A stretch of 63,164 bases of DNA, filler included, from Olpidium bornovanus S191 (GCA_017911155.1; 31 parts of 31 records of this genome joined end to end with filler, not necessarily neighbours in it), one strand, 5' to 3'; positions 47,734 through 60,427 are shown, numbered from the whole stretch's first letter. Numbers and translations: made by a program. The notes: generated by a model not told the origin, from the letters alone.

Positions 47734-49619
47734 CTTTTTTGCTCCCCTTCTCTTCGATGTATTCGGTCGANNNNNNNNNNNNNNNNNNNNNNNNNNNNNN
47801 NNNNNNNNNNNNNNTTAATTAATTAANNNNNNNNNNNNNNNNNNNNNNNNNNNNNNNNNNNNNNNNNNNNCATGCGTAGCCACAGAAGCGAAGGTTGGAG
47901 CAGGCAGAATAAAGCAGGATAACAATGAATGGAGTCAAAACGGATAAAACGCGATGTCGAGAAAAAGAAAACACGCATATAACACGGGGCTTGAAAGATG
48001 AACGGAAAGTTGCAACGCCACTTTGAACTTGCGATTGAAGAGAAGTATTGAAGTTCGCGGATTCTGTTGCTTTTGCAGTTAGCTTGCGGGAAATTTACAC
48101 GTTGTGCGGATAACGAGTCAAAGACAACGCGGTGGGGAAAAACCGAAAAGAAAAACGCGAGTTTCCTGATTTGTAGACTACTTAGCAAACTCAGTTCGTT
48201 TTCTGCAGTTTAGGCCGTGCTGGCCGTTCACGCAGGACCGTTGTCGGTCACGACCGGGTAGTAAGTGTTCGGCGACAAGTGCCTCCAAATAACTTGGCAT
48301 AGGGATTCCGAACGACATGGGGGAGCTGCGAGAAAACGGCGCCCAAAAACACTTCCGTCGGTTTTCAATTCCACCTTCGGAGATACGGGAGGCCGCGTCG
48401 CAATCGGTCGCAGGGCTCTTATCCGATGTTTTGCCCGGGGTACCAAGGAGTTGGCGACGAGTGCTTTTCCGCGGCTGGGAAAACGCTTCCAAGGGAAAGG
48501 TCAGACCCCCTCCATGAGCCACGGAAGAAACGGGAATTTGTGTTCCAAAGCTCTTCTTTTGAGGGCGTTTCTAGGAGGATGTTCTACTCAGGCTAATGAG
48601 AGAGCGTTGTCCGAGTCACCCTTTTTCTTCTGGCGGCTCGTCCATCCTGTTCCAAACGAGCTACCGAAAAGGCCCCCCGCGATACTTTTCGAGCCGTTTC
48701 TCTTCTCAAACGGCGCTTAAAAAAAGCGAGGCGGATGGTGCTGGCCCAATCTCCGGCGGGCTTCGTTCAAAGGACGCAAAACCGAGCGACGGGGTGGGGA
48801 CGGCGAAAGTTGTGGTTCCAATGAGGTCGACCAATGGCGCTCCGGCCGAGGAATGCCTTATGGCGAGAACAACGGCGAGAGGACAGGCGGGACCCGTTAT
48901 TCCAAAAGTCTTACCTGTCTCAGGACGTTTTCCGAAGGCGACCCGCTTCTGCCAAAAAAACAGGTCAGAATCAGGGCGAGGAGAGAATTTTTGGGGCCCG
49001 GTGGGGAAAGAAAGGAGGAGCAGGAGAGGTGGGGGAGGTGTGTGGCAGGGATCCGCCTGCACCTATTTATTGCACAAGCACATATGCGTCCCTGTCGCGC
49101 TACGTCCCGCGGCGGCGACGGTCCCTGCAATATAATTCGGACACATGTATAATCCGAAAAACGTTTGTTTGTGCATTATTTCATGACGATTGATGGAATT
49201 GTGCGGGATTCGTTCTCTGACTTTGTAATGGCCATTCCTATGGGAAGAAACTATGATAATGTGCTTTAGTTGAATGCTCAGTAAAGTATATGTCGTAATA
49301 NNNNNNNNNNNNNNNNNNNNNNNNNNNNNNNNNNNNNNNNNNNNTTAATTAATTAANNNNNNNNNNNNNNNNNNNNNNNNNNNNNNNNNNNNNNNNNNNN
49401 CATGACTCCGTATGTGTGCCACCCCGTAATTCCCAAACAGCGCCACGAGCTTGCAAAACCGAGGCCGTGCAAGATTTCGAGCACTGATTACGACGAGAAA
49501 GACGTCAGGAAATGACCAATTCGGACGAAAGTCCTTTTTCCAAACGGGGAATAGTTTCATCCCGGAACCTCAATTATGACGGCCGCACGGGAAAGCCCTC
49601 GCCCGTTCCCGTCACGCCT

Positions 49620-49661
<42 letters not shown>

Positions 49662-49699
49662 TCCCCCCCACACCTCCCGACTTATACCGGCCGGCCTCG

Positions 49700-50460
49700 A
49701 TGTCAGCGGCGATGGACAACAGCCGCGCCAACCGCGAATGGTGTTTGCAGCGAACCTGGCGTTTACATCCCTTCCATTTCAGTTGAGGTATGTTCAAAAA
49801 CTTGCCTACCTGCGGTTCCAACGAAGTCGATCTTCCTTGGCTCAGGACATTCATCTGGGAACGCCCATTCCGCTTCGCTGCAATTTTTGAGACAGAACTT
49901 CAACTTCTCTGCGCTCATCTTAAACTTCTCGGGTGCAACGTTCGCGCGAGTACTTTACGAATTAAAATTGATTTCAATGTCTATAGGCTCGAACAGCTTC
50001 TCGATTCCAAGCACGCCAAACTGCTTCACAAGGCTCTGGGGGTAGAGGCGTTCCACACCGTCCTGATCCACCATCATGATTTCGCGCGTCGGAGCAGCGA
50101 CTTTTGCAACAGTTTTGGGAAGGTAAGCGAAGCGAGTTGGCGTTCGCCGTAACGACGGCCCGTTCCCCCAACAGGCTCACCCCAGCTCTACTCACCGGAG
50201 TCTCGCGGTCCCCATGTCAAAGGGCGGAAGGCCATCACGACCACAACGGGAGCTGTGAACGTCACGCCGTATTCCACTTGAATCAGGACCATATCCAGCG
50301 CAGTCTCCACCTTTCTGCAGACGTCGGGGTCTGCCAGGCAGCTTAAATGGATCGTCAGCATGCCAGAGTCCAAGGCGTGGTGTGTGACTAAGGGGAATAC
50401 GCCCTCAAGGTCGGTGGTCATCACTTCGCAGGGAAGCATATACCGAAGGAGCCTGCAAAA
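49700..50460 (-). CDS. Unidentified multi-exon hypothetical protein fragment
   Basis: Protein-like frames (LLRYMLPCEVMTTDLEGVFPLVTHHALDSG...; MVDQDGVERLYPQSLVKQFGVLGIEKLFEP) bounded by splice-like sites. An in-frame TAA near 49950 is unresolved. Confidence 0.3.
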
Positions 50461-50993
50461 ATAAGATTTCATCTAATGACGGCGGCGGCGTTGACGGATT
50501 ACCCGTTTTTTTCCTTTTTTTTGGTTTTTGGATCAATGCAAAGAACGAGGATTGCCCGACCTTCCTTCACTGAAAAACGGGCGGTAGCAGACATAGGGCT
50601 GGGTACTCGAAGCCCGGGCGCCGGAGACGGCGAGCGCAGCGAGCACGGCGCCGGCGGATCTCCCACTCAGCCAGACCATGGACGGGCAGAATCTTTTTTC
50701 TTTTGATTTTCAGTTGGCGGCAAGATTTTCCGGAAGGACCAGCGAGAAGATGGGAGGGGGCAGGGATGGTGGTCGCGGCCAAGGTTATGATATGATGTAT
50801 CGGGGATACTCGAACGCTCCGCCATCAAAATCCCAGGCGAGGGGGTGTGTCTGTCGCGCGCAGTTCGTCCGCCCTCTGGCGCCGGTCTCTTCTTCGGGAA
50901 GAGGCGGCCAAGACGTGAATTGCCCGCCGAGAGCCGCGCAGGGTGCGGGGTGCGTGACGCGGGGGGCGGAGGGGGGGGGGGGGGGGGGGGGGG

Positions 50994-51035
<42 letters not shown>

Positions 51036-51070
51036 CCCCCCCTCCCCCCCCCCTTTTTCCCCCCCCCCCC

Positions 51071-51102
<32 letters not shown>

Positions 51103-52074
51103 TCCCCCCTCCCCCTCCCCGNNNNNNNNNNNNNNNNNNNNNNNNNNNNNNNNNNNNNNNNNNNNTTAATTAATTAANNNNNNNNNNNNNNNNNNNNNNN
51201 NNNNNNNNNNNNNNNNNNNNNCATGACCATAAACAACGGTCCATTCGCTCCTGTTCCCTCTCATCCCCCCGCCCCCTTCTTCTTCGTTCCCCGTAGCCTC
51301 GATGTTTCACCGGTCATTCTCATTTTTTGCATAAGACGGCCTCTGCGCAAGCGGTTATTTTTGAACTTGCTTAAAGTTCGGCGTGTAGGAAAACAGTTCA
51401 CAATCTATGCTGAGAACGGGCCTCGTTTTCCGTTTGAGACGGTGACCGTTGACATGCTAAACTTGCCAAAAAAAAAAAAATAATCCCCCAGTGAACGTGG
51501 CCGACAGATATATATTGCGGAACACGGGTGCCCTCACAGGTTGTGGGCAAGCCCTGGGTTTGTCATAAGCCGCATGCCGGTGGGATTTTGCCAGGATCAA
51601 GGAAAGCGTTCCATCGCAGACTTCTGGAACGATCTCTAAACTGCCCAGGATCAGGCTGGTGCTTAAACACCCTCCAACCGGAGCACGTCGAGTCGGGCGC
51701 ACTGACACCAGCCGTCTGTGTTTTGTTCGTTGGCCAGTGAGGTGCGAGGGGAAACAAAAAAAAAACACTCTCCCGGGGAAAATGAGTGCGTGATGCCGGG
51801 GGGGGGGTCACAGCTGTTTGGTTTCTGCCGCCGGATGCTTGCACTTTGCGAACATGCATCAAAATGTCAATAATGCGTGCACGTGTGACGTTGCGCGCAC
51901 CAGAAGGCACTTAAGTAACAGGTGGCGTCCGGAACTCGAAAGCTTTGCGATGGTTCGTGTCTTCCAGAAAAGCCTGTGGAATGCGCCCGAAAACCTAATA
52001 CCAAAATTCCCGTGTAACGTCAGGGCCCCGGCCCCCCCCCCTTGCACTAACATTCGTGCCGCCGTCCTGCCGCC

Positions 52075-52325
52075 GTCAGCCATCCTTTTGCGCAGGCGAC
52101 GGCGGCAGGACGGCAGGACGGGAGACGACGGGGACGGCAGGACGCTGCCGAATTGCTCTTGCGCTACTGTCAAAACCGGCGTTACGTTGCGCGGTAAAAC
52201 GGGAGGATATCAGGGGGGGTGGGGCAGGACGGCAAAATGGCAGGATGACAATGGCAAGACGGCAGGACGACAGGACGATTGCAGAACAGCAGGACGGGAG
52301 AGGGTAGGACGGATGGCAGGACCGG
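52075..52325. repeat. Degenerate GGCAGGAC(G) short-repeat cluster
   Basis: About ten 8-9-bp variants within 250 bp. Confidence 0.7.
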
Positions 52326-52666
52326 AGAAAGAGTAGGCCGACTTTGCGGCAAAACCGAACCGCGGCAGAAACACGGAGGCCATTGGTTTGCTCCTTGGTT
52401 GTTGTCCAGGACGCCATCGGACCTCGCATTCGCCGCACCATTCCTCATGCGTTTGTAGCGCGAAGCCGACAACGCGACACCGCAAAACAGGTAATGCGCG
52501 CTACCTTAAAGGAACGGCGCACCTCGGAATTCGCTACGATGGACCAAGGAACCTCGACATAGTCGANNNNNNNNNNNNNNNNNNNNNNNNNNNNNNNNNN
52601 NNNNNNNNNNTTAATTAATTAANNNNNNNNNNNNNNNNNNNNNNNNNNNNNNNNNNNNNNNNNNNN

Positions 52667-53235
52667 CATGCCACTCTCCGCCACTTCGGGAATCTGTCTT
52701 CTCGCTTAGGGACGCGGTCGGCGTGAACGCGGGCAAAGTCGGACGCTTTTGATCTGAATTCCACTCTGTTTTCCATTATAACGGCGAGCCAGCGGCCGTC
52801 CGGTGAACCCTCCAGCTGCCACTCAGGCCGCAATCGGGAGATCGGCTCAATGAGGGCTGGTGGCACGCTCGTGCTCAGCACAAGCCGGTCAAAGGACCGC
52901 GCCAGCGCCCATGTCAGGTTCCTTAACGTCGAGAGTGAAGGCGGTGTGCTGACCGAGGCCGTGGCGCCGGTCGACGACAAGACAGCAAGACCGCTTGCCC
53001 TACCGCCGTCCGCAAACGCCGCGAAAAATTGTGGATCCAACGATTGGATGTTCGCCGGCGCTACCTCGTCGGGCGACCACGCAGCGACGACGGACAGGTC
53101 GTATAGGAGTCTCGTATGGTCTCGAGATCCCGGAAACGATTTGCTGCGTTCATCGCGCGAGGAAAGCGCGGCTTCCGCGCTCGCTTCTTCCGGTGTCGCA
53201 AAACTTTTCCTGTTTCTGATCGCAGGACTTCCTTT
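52667..53235 (-). CDS. NBAS: NBAS (Sec39-related) N-terminal beta-propeller region, partial
   Basis: TRLLYDLSVVAAWSPDE, WQLEGSPDGRWLAVIMENRVEFRSKASDF and DRFPKWRRVA match the NBAS N-terminus pattern (LYDL...W-PE; W-L...G-LLA-VQ---VEIRS--DDF; PQWRRVAW). Confidence 0.85.
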
Positions 53236-53990
53236 CTAACGGGGATACCCCGTACGGAGAGAAGTGAACAGGACAACCCAACTGGTCAGTAACATTACGA
53301 CTACCATTGTTGCCGCGGAAGCCAATTTCTGGGGGGAGAGTGAACCGAGGCGGAGGCGTGCCTTCAAGATAATTCAACGCCAGCCCATGCCGGGCACAAA
53401 AAAGCCTTACCGTCCCGGTGGCGGTGACGATGTTTTCGTCAAATGAGCACCGCCCGCGAGACCCCGCCTGAGAGCGAGAAAGTGACACCCGTTAGTCTGC
53501 TAGGCCGTTTCGCCTCGTGGCCCCCAACAAAGCCGCATGTACGCGCCTTGTTCGGCATGGCTTCGCTCGGGCGAGCCGCAGCAAGCGGTGCCCTCGTCGC
53601 CGGAGCTTATTCTTCCGATGGCGGACGAGCGGGGAGGCGACAGCGGGACTCGGCCGGTCGGCGTTTACGATGCTTTTTCCCGAAAGGTCTTCGTTCGGGG
53701 CGACACGGCGGAGGCGCCCGGTTGGGAATATCACGTGACATCACGTAGAAGATGCAGGCCTAAAAGGTGAAAGGGACAGGTGAGCATCAAGCTCACTCGC
53801 AAAGAGCCGAAACAAAGATAGCTTGCTTGTCTGCTGAGCTAGGTCAGTTTCCCTCTACCGTGAGCGGCGGTGCCGACCGTTGCGACCATGNNNNNNNNNN
53901 NNNNNNNNNNNNNNNNNNNNNNNNNNNNNNNNNNTTAATTAATTAANNNNNNNNNNNNNNNNNNNNNNNNNNNNNNNNNNNNNNNNNNNN

Positions 53991-54053
<63 letters not shown>

Positions 54054-54090
54054 AAAAGAGAAAGAGAGAAAGGGGGAGAGAGAGAGGGAG
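53991..54090. repeat. (GA)n microsatellite at contig edge
   Basis: Long AG dinucleotide run, directly visible. Confidence 0.95.
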
Positions 54091-54142
54091 GGAGCAAAAG
54101 AATAAGGACAATGGGAAGCGACGAACAAAATTCGACCGCTTA

Positions 54143-54749
54143 CCCGGCGTTGTTGCTGACGGCGGGGAGGTCTCTAATGTCCGGCCGGCGCTCGATCGCG
54201 GCGAATGAGGTTCTCCGGGATGCCGCAGAGTTCTGGCGAAAGCGCATTAAACGACGGAGACGTAGCGGGGGGCGCGTAAAACATTATTTTTTTTTTTTTT
54301 CTTTTTCTCTCCCCCCCTCACCCCCCCCCACCACACACACACACGCACGCACACGTTCTCGGGAGGCGTGCTGCCGGGCCGACGGACCACGCACCCAAGC
54401 CGCCGACGAGCAGAGTGGAACCGGACTTGACATCCTTGACGGCCTCGTCGGGCGAAGAGACGACCTTGCTGGCGCCGACGCCGGCGGTTTGCGAGGCAAA
54501 ATCCCGAGCGGCGGCGGCGGCGGGGGCGCGAGCTGGCGGCCCGCGCGCAGGGCGCTGTGCGGGTGCGGGGCGGGGGGGGCGGAGGTTTGTCAGGCGCGCG
54601 GGGTGAGGGGGGGGGGGGGGGGGTTTCGAACGCGCGGGGGGGCGCGCGCACACGCGCGCACGCACGCACGCACGCACCGCGAAAAGGGCGAGGGAGGGCG
54701 GCGCGGGGACGCGGAGGCGGCGGAAAGCGGCGGCGGCCGTCATCATCAT
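54143..54749 (-). CDS. OXCT1: Succinyl-CoA:3-ketoacid CoA transferase (SCOT), 5' exons, with an apparent frameshift
   Basis: Presequence followed by SKVVSSPDEAVKDVKSGSTLLVGG, then LCGIPENL and DL(P)AVSNNAG. The last motif needs a 1-nt frame correction near 54205. Confidence 0.88.
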
Positions 54750-55650
54750 CTCTCTCTCTCTCTCTCTCTCTCTGTCTCCTCCGCCGCGGGGGGGGGGGAA
54801 GGCGAGCGTGTGTGTGTGTGCGTGTGCGGACGTGTGTGGGCGGGGAAGGGGGCAGGGGAGAGAGAGAGAAGAGGAGGAAGAAGAGAACAGGGCGCAGTTT
54901 CTCCTCTTCCTCCCGCGCTTTCCCCTCCCGGGAAACCACCGCCGGCCCCCCGCCCCTCACCCCCGCCCCCGCCCTTCTCGCGGAAGCCTTCTCGCACCGG
55001 CTCGTGGCCACGGCCATATGTCATGCTGTCAGTGGGAAAGGGAGTTTACTAACTCTAGTTTCATTAAGCAACACATGCGCCTTGCGCCGTTGATCTTGAG
55101 ATGGACACACTTTGGCTGGGCAGGGCGGGGCGGGGCAAACACACCGCTGATCACCGCACGCAAAATTGCATTAGAAGGAAAATCCAAAGTGCTACACATC
55201 GACTGAAGACTCGGTCTATTGGACATAACGCTCAGAGTTATCCGCAATGCTGAATGAGAACGCACTTGCCAATGGGGACTTTTATGGAAGCATGACGTTG
55301 CATGGTTGATGGTGTATGCTTCCGTAGCGTGGTTGACGGTGTTCTTGACAAAGATGATGGTTGGAGGGGACGCCATGAGGGATGACAAGAGGACAGGCTC
55401 TTTGACCTAGACGGAACAGCAGCAAGAGTAAAGGACTTAACACCTTGGACAGGACAAACTTCGCCTCCTGCAGCTCCTGCAGAAACAAGCACGAGAATTG
55501 AACANNNNNNNNNNNNNNNNNNNNNNNNNNNNNNNNNNNNNNNNNNNNTTAATTAATTAANNNNNNNNNNNNNNNNNNNNNNNNNNNNNNNNNNNNNNNN
55601 NNNNCCAGTGGAAAACACCCGGCACCTCTCGGATTCGCCTTTCGGCAACG

Positions 55651-56571
55651 ATGCGCGGGCCGTCGTCCATATACGCGCTGATTGCGGCGGCGGTTTTCTT
55701 CTCGACGACTTGCCGGGCACACATGGAGATGCAGTCGCCGGCCCCGCGGCGGTCTAAATACAACCCGTTCACGCCGCCGGCCGACGTCGACTGGAGCATG
55801 ACGTCGCCGCTGCTGGCCGACGGCTCCAACTTTCCCTGCAAGGGGTACCCCGCAGGTCGGAACGTCGCAGTGATCAAGGCCGGGTCGACATTCAAGGTGC
55901 AGATGGCCGGGACCGTCTTCCACATGGGGGGCCACTGCCAGTGGTCCGTCAGCTACGACGGCGGGAAGACGTTCCTCGTCCTCAAGACCGTCCTCAACAA
56001 CTGCTTCACCGGGACCGGGCTGAGCATCGACGTGCCGATCCCCAAGGGGCTCCCCCGGTGCGAGCACTGCGTCTTCGCCTGGAGCTGGATCAACGCCGTG
56101 GGAAACCGCGAGTTCTACATGAACTGCGCCGACGTCGGCGTCATTTCGGCCTCCAAGGGACCGTTCACCGGGCCCTCGATGGTCGTCGCCAACCTGCCGG
56201 GATTCCCGTCGATCCCGGAGTTCCCCCCGGGGTCGGGCCAGGACGCCGGCACGGGGCTTTTCCGCAAAGCCAAAAAGGTCACCGTCAGAGCCAGCGGGAC
56301 GAAGAACCCGCTCCCGGCGCCGCCGCAGTCCAGAGACCGGGCCGCGCAGATCCCGCGGCCGTCGCCGCCGCCGGCGACCCCGCCGAACGGAGAAGGAGGA
56401 GGAGGAGGAGGAAAAGGCCCGTGCGCTCTCGGGAACATGCGGTGCGCGGGCCCCGCGGCGTATATCCAGTGCGGGCCCGCCGCGGGCGGCGGGTCCCAGT
56501 GGAGCGCGGCGATGCCGTGCGCCCCGGCCACCAGGTGCTCGCCGAACGGCAACTTCATTACGTGCTCCTGA
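55651..56571 (+). CDS. AA11 lytic polysaccharide monooxygenase with a C-terminal Cys-rich chitin-binding-like module, complete and intronless
   Basis: The signal peptide ends at TCRA|H (His1). Then FPCKG, HMGGHCQWSVSYD, FAWSWINAVGNREFYMNCADV, a Pro/Gly linker and a 4-Cys tail (CBM19-like). Confidence 0.92.
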   Translation: MRGPSSIYALIAAAVFFSTTCRAHMEMQSPAPRRSKYNPFTPPADVDWSMTSPLLADGSNFPCKGYPAGRNVAVIKAGSTFKVQMAGTVFHMGGHCQWSVSYDGGKTFLVLKTVLNNCFTGTGLSIDVPIPKGLPRCEHCVFAWSWINAVGNREFYMNCADVGVISASKGPFTGPSMVVANLPGFPSIPEFPPGSGQDAGTGLFRKAKKVTVRASGTKNPLPAPPQSRDRAAQIPRPSPPPATPPNGEGGGGGGKGPCALGNMRCAGPAAYIQCGPAAGGGSQWSAAMPCAPATRCSPNGNFITCS

Positions 56572-57637
56572 GCGCGCGCGCGCCCACCCCCGCGCCCCCC
56601 CCCCCCCCCCCCCCCCCCCCCCGCCCCCCCCCCCCCCCCCCCCACCCCCTCCCCCGCTTTCCACTATTTTTTTGTTGTTTTTTTCTTTCTTTCTTTTCTT
56701 TTCCTCATGAAAATTTCATTTTTACATTTCCCCTTCGTTCTCTGGCCGGAGAGGGAGAAAGGCGCGGCGGGCGGATTTTATTTTTCCTGGTATAACGCGG
56801 GGTTCGCCCTTCCCCTCCGCCCCACCCGCACCTACCGCACATAGACACACATACATTTAGACCCGCGCATAGACTTTTGTTTTTTATAGACTAGATAAAC
56901 TGCTGCTGCTCCACCCGGCCCCATTTCCCTTTCCTCTTCCTTCCCCCCCTCCCCCCCGTTCAATGTGCTCAAATAGACCCCTGCGAGGGTCCACATCGAC
57001 TTAGAAACNNNNNNNNNNNNNNNNNNNNNNNNNNNNNNNNNNNNNNNNNNNNTTAATTAATTAANNNNNNNNNNNNNNNNNNNNNNNNNNNNNNNNNNNN
57101 NNNNNNNNAAAAAAAAAAATGGAAAAAAAAGAAAGTTAAAGAAGAAACTGACGGAGCAAACTTGTGTGACAGAGAGTGATGATATCAATATTGAACTCCT
57201 CAATCACTAAAATGGGCATGCTTTGAAGGAGAGAGTAACATAAAAGGGACTTGCAGATGCAGCTTACGACACAAATTGTCATGTAAACTGCCCGTCTGTT
57301 GACAACGCGACGGGTAACGCACATCGCCCTCGTTTGCCTGACGGGCCGCAAGCCAGCTCGTCCGCCGCTCTCTTGCCTGCCTTCCGCGCCGCTTTACCTT
57401 CGGCTCGCGGTGCCATAAAGGCCAGCCGTACGCACCTCCACTCGTTGATACCATTTGGAAGCAACAAGCCTTTCCTGCCCTTGGTTGCGTCTGCTCCTCT
57501 TCGGCGGGGTGCACGGGGTTTGCCACGCGCAGCTCACGCCACCTGCGGGCGGATAAGTCGGGCCGTAAAATCCCGCGGGGGCTTCCTGCGGTTCGTCAAA
57601 CTGCCGCAGCCGGATTCCCCTTCTTCCCTCCCCTTCT

Positions 57638-57731
<94 letters not shown>

Positions 57732-57760
57732 CCCGCTCCTCCGCGCCCACGTATTGCACT

Positions 57761-58781
57761 ATGCGCGCGGCGGCGCTGTCCGCCGTTGCGGCGACGCTCC
57801 TCGCCGCGGCTGTCGTCTCCGCCGACGTCGGCCACCAGGAAGGGAAGGCAGATAGTGCCGCGGCAGGAGGGAAGGCCGCCGGCGTCGCGGCGAACGACGA
57901 CGAGCCGCCGATCGTTCACCCGGACTTCAAGGTGACTGGCGGGGAGTGGGGACCCCGTCAACGCGCCTCGGAAACGCGGGCGGAAAACAAGAGAGGAGAT
58001 CGCCCGCGTTCGGGAGAGGCTTGACTAAACCCGGTTTCCCCGGCGGCAGCGCGTTTGCAAACTGCGCGTCCCGGCCCGCCAGAATCTTTGCGTTGCGTGG
58101 ACTTATTTTGTTGCTCGCCTTGCGTCTTCCTCTCGCGCCTGCCCCTCCCGATTTTTCCCGTGCACTCCGCCGGACCGAAAATCAGCCTTCGACAAGAAAG
58201 GCACTCTTTGTCGAACAGTTTGGCGATGACTGGAAGCTGCGCTGGAGCCGGTCGGAGGCCACCAAGAAGGCCGAGGGCGAGGACTCTGACAAGGCCAACC
58301 GCGACCTCTGGGCGTATCGGGGAAAGTGGGAAGTGGAGGAGGCTACTGTTCATCCCGGCCTTAAGGGGGACCGGGGCCTTGTGCTTAAGACCAGCGCCGC
58401 CCACCACGCAATATCCGCCCCCTTCGCCACTTCCATCGACCCCGCGGGAAAGGACCTCGTTGTTCAGTACGAGGTGAAGATGCAGAAAGGCCTTGAATGC
58501 GGAGGCGCGTATCTGAAGCTCCTGCAAGCAAATGAGAAAGAAGACATCCACGCCAAAGAATTCACCAACGAGACTCCGTACACGTGCGCATGTTGTCCTT
58601 TCTGGGTTTTTTTCCCTCCGTGGGCCACTATTCCTTTTTTTTTTCTTTGCGCGTGGCAAACATGTTTCTGCTTCCCTGGCCCGTCGTTCTGCCCCTTTTT
58701 CGGCTAACCAGGAAATTAACGTTTCCGTTTCTTCTTTGGCAGTCTGATGTTTGGTCCTGACAAATGCGGCTCCACCAACAA
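57761..58781 (+). CDS. CNX1: Calnexin (3' truncated)
   Basis: Signal peptide, then FVEQFGDDWKLRW, GDRGLVLKTSAAHHAISA, LVVQYEVKMQKGLECGGAYLKLL and MFGPDKCGSTNK. Confidence 0.96.
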
Positions 58782-58931
58782 NNNNNNNNNNNNNNNNNNN
58801 NNNNNNNNNNNNNNNNNNNNNNNNNTTAATTAATTAANNNNNNNNNNNNNNNNNNNNNNNNNNNNNNNNNNNNNNNNNNNNCATGTACCGGCTGATGTCC
58901 TTTCTGCGCCGGCGGCGGCCGTTCCGCTCAG

Positions 58932-60094
58932 ACGCGCCATTTTTCAACGCCAGCCAGGCGTCCGCCAAGACGTCGGCCGAGGCGGAGGCGGCCGAGGCGG
59001 AGGAGAACGCCCTGCGGCAACAGACGATCATCCAGCCCGACGCGGAGGCGGCGGGAAAGCCGTGTCCCATTTGCAAGGAAGCGTTCGAGAACTTCTACAA
59101 CGACGCCGAGGAAGAGTGGTGCCTCCGAAATGCGGTCGAAGTCGGCGGAGTGGTGAGAAAAAGATATATAAGAAAATCAAAATCCCGAGGAGCGCACGCT
59201 GTTGGGGGGTTTGTTTTTCCCGCCTTCTTTCTCTCTTCGCGTCTGCCGGCGGGGAGGACCTGGCTTCTTGGTCGCCGCGGTTCCTCCTCCCCGGGCCGCC
59301 GCCGCGGGAACTGCGGGTATGTTACTCGCTCTTGTTCTCAACGTTTTGTTCTCAACGTCTTCGCCCCGCAACCTTTCGGGTGACTTCCCCCAGATCTACC
59401 ACGCCACCTGCCACGCCGACGCGACGAAGGTGCGGTTCGCGGATTTTCGGACGGCGGTGGACGCTTTTTGCCTCTCTAACCGTCGTCATCCCCCCCCCCC
59501 ATCCCTCCAACTAACACGTCCTTTGCAGAACGCGCTGGCGAGCAGCGCGCCTCCGTCGCCGCGGAAAGCGCCGGAGGCGGAACCCGCGGTCGCGAAGGCG
59601 GCGGAAGAGGACGAGGAAGTTTTCGTGAAAAAGGAGAAAGACGACGACGACGACGCTTCGGGCGCGCCGTTCCTGGTCGCGGGCGAGCGCGAATCTCCGA
59701 ATGCGGGCATTTTCCGGAAGCGGAAGGTGGGGGGGGGGGGGGGGGGGGGGGAGGGGGGGGGTTTTTTTTTTTGTTTTGGACGTATTTACGGTTTTTTTTT
59801 GGTTTTGGTGGGGGGGAGGGGGGAGGTGTGTGTGTTGGGGGGGGAGGGGGACGACATACAATGCGGGTCGGGGCTGGCGTCGGGCGCGTGCGAGTGGTCA
59901 GCAATAAAACCGCCCGGAAGAAAAAATCTTTATTTACCCGGCCGCTTTCATCCACTCCTCCCCCCCCCCTTTCCCCCCCACCCTCCGGCGATACGCCCGG
60001 CAAAATTTTTCCCGCGCGCGAAAATTTCCAGGCGTCCGACGACGGCGAGCCGGACGACCTCCGGCCGGATACGAAGCACAGGGCCGTCCAGTAG
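58932..60094 (+). CDS. PCF11: PCF11 C-terminal zinc-finger region (5' truncated)
   Basis: Exons 58932-59152 and 59394-59429 give CPICKEAFENFYNDAEEEWCLRNAVEVGGVIYHATCHAD. Confidence 0.88.
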
Positions 60095-60427
60095 ACGGAG
60101 CGACGAACGACGGCCGGTTTTTTTTTTTCGCCCCCCGTCGCGTAGGCGCAAATCCTTTGGCGGAGGGCGCGAACGGGGGGGGGGGGGGGGGGGGTTCCTC
60201 GTTTGCCACACCCCCCCCCCCCGGCCCTTTCCCCCCCCCCCCCCCCTTTTCTTCCCCCCCCCCACCCCGAGCTTGAACGCACCAAACGAACGAAACCGAA
60301 CATAGAATCGAACGCAATAAAAGCAACNNNNNNNNNNNNNNNNNNNNNNNNNNNNNNNNNNNNNNNNNNNNTTAATTAATTAANNNNNNNNNNNNNNNNN
60401 NNNNNNNNNNNNNNNNNNNNNNNNNNN

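Noticed and set aside
46191-49300. Genes in contigs 22-23 (also 33121-34309 and 61900-63164)
   Set aside because: Short frames and possible micro-exons only; nothing I can support.
51380-51460. HVNGHRLK integrase-tail-like motif on the minus strand
   Set aside because: An isolated 8-mer with no flanking retroelement sequence.
57109-57560. Small multi-exon gene or selenoprotein divergent from calnexin
   Set aside because: Splice-like sites exist, but no exon combination gave a recognisable protein or a Cys/Sec motif.
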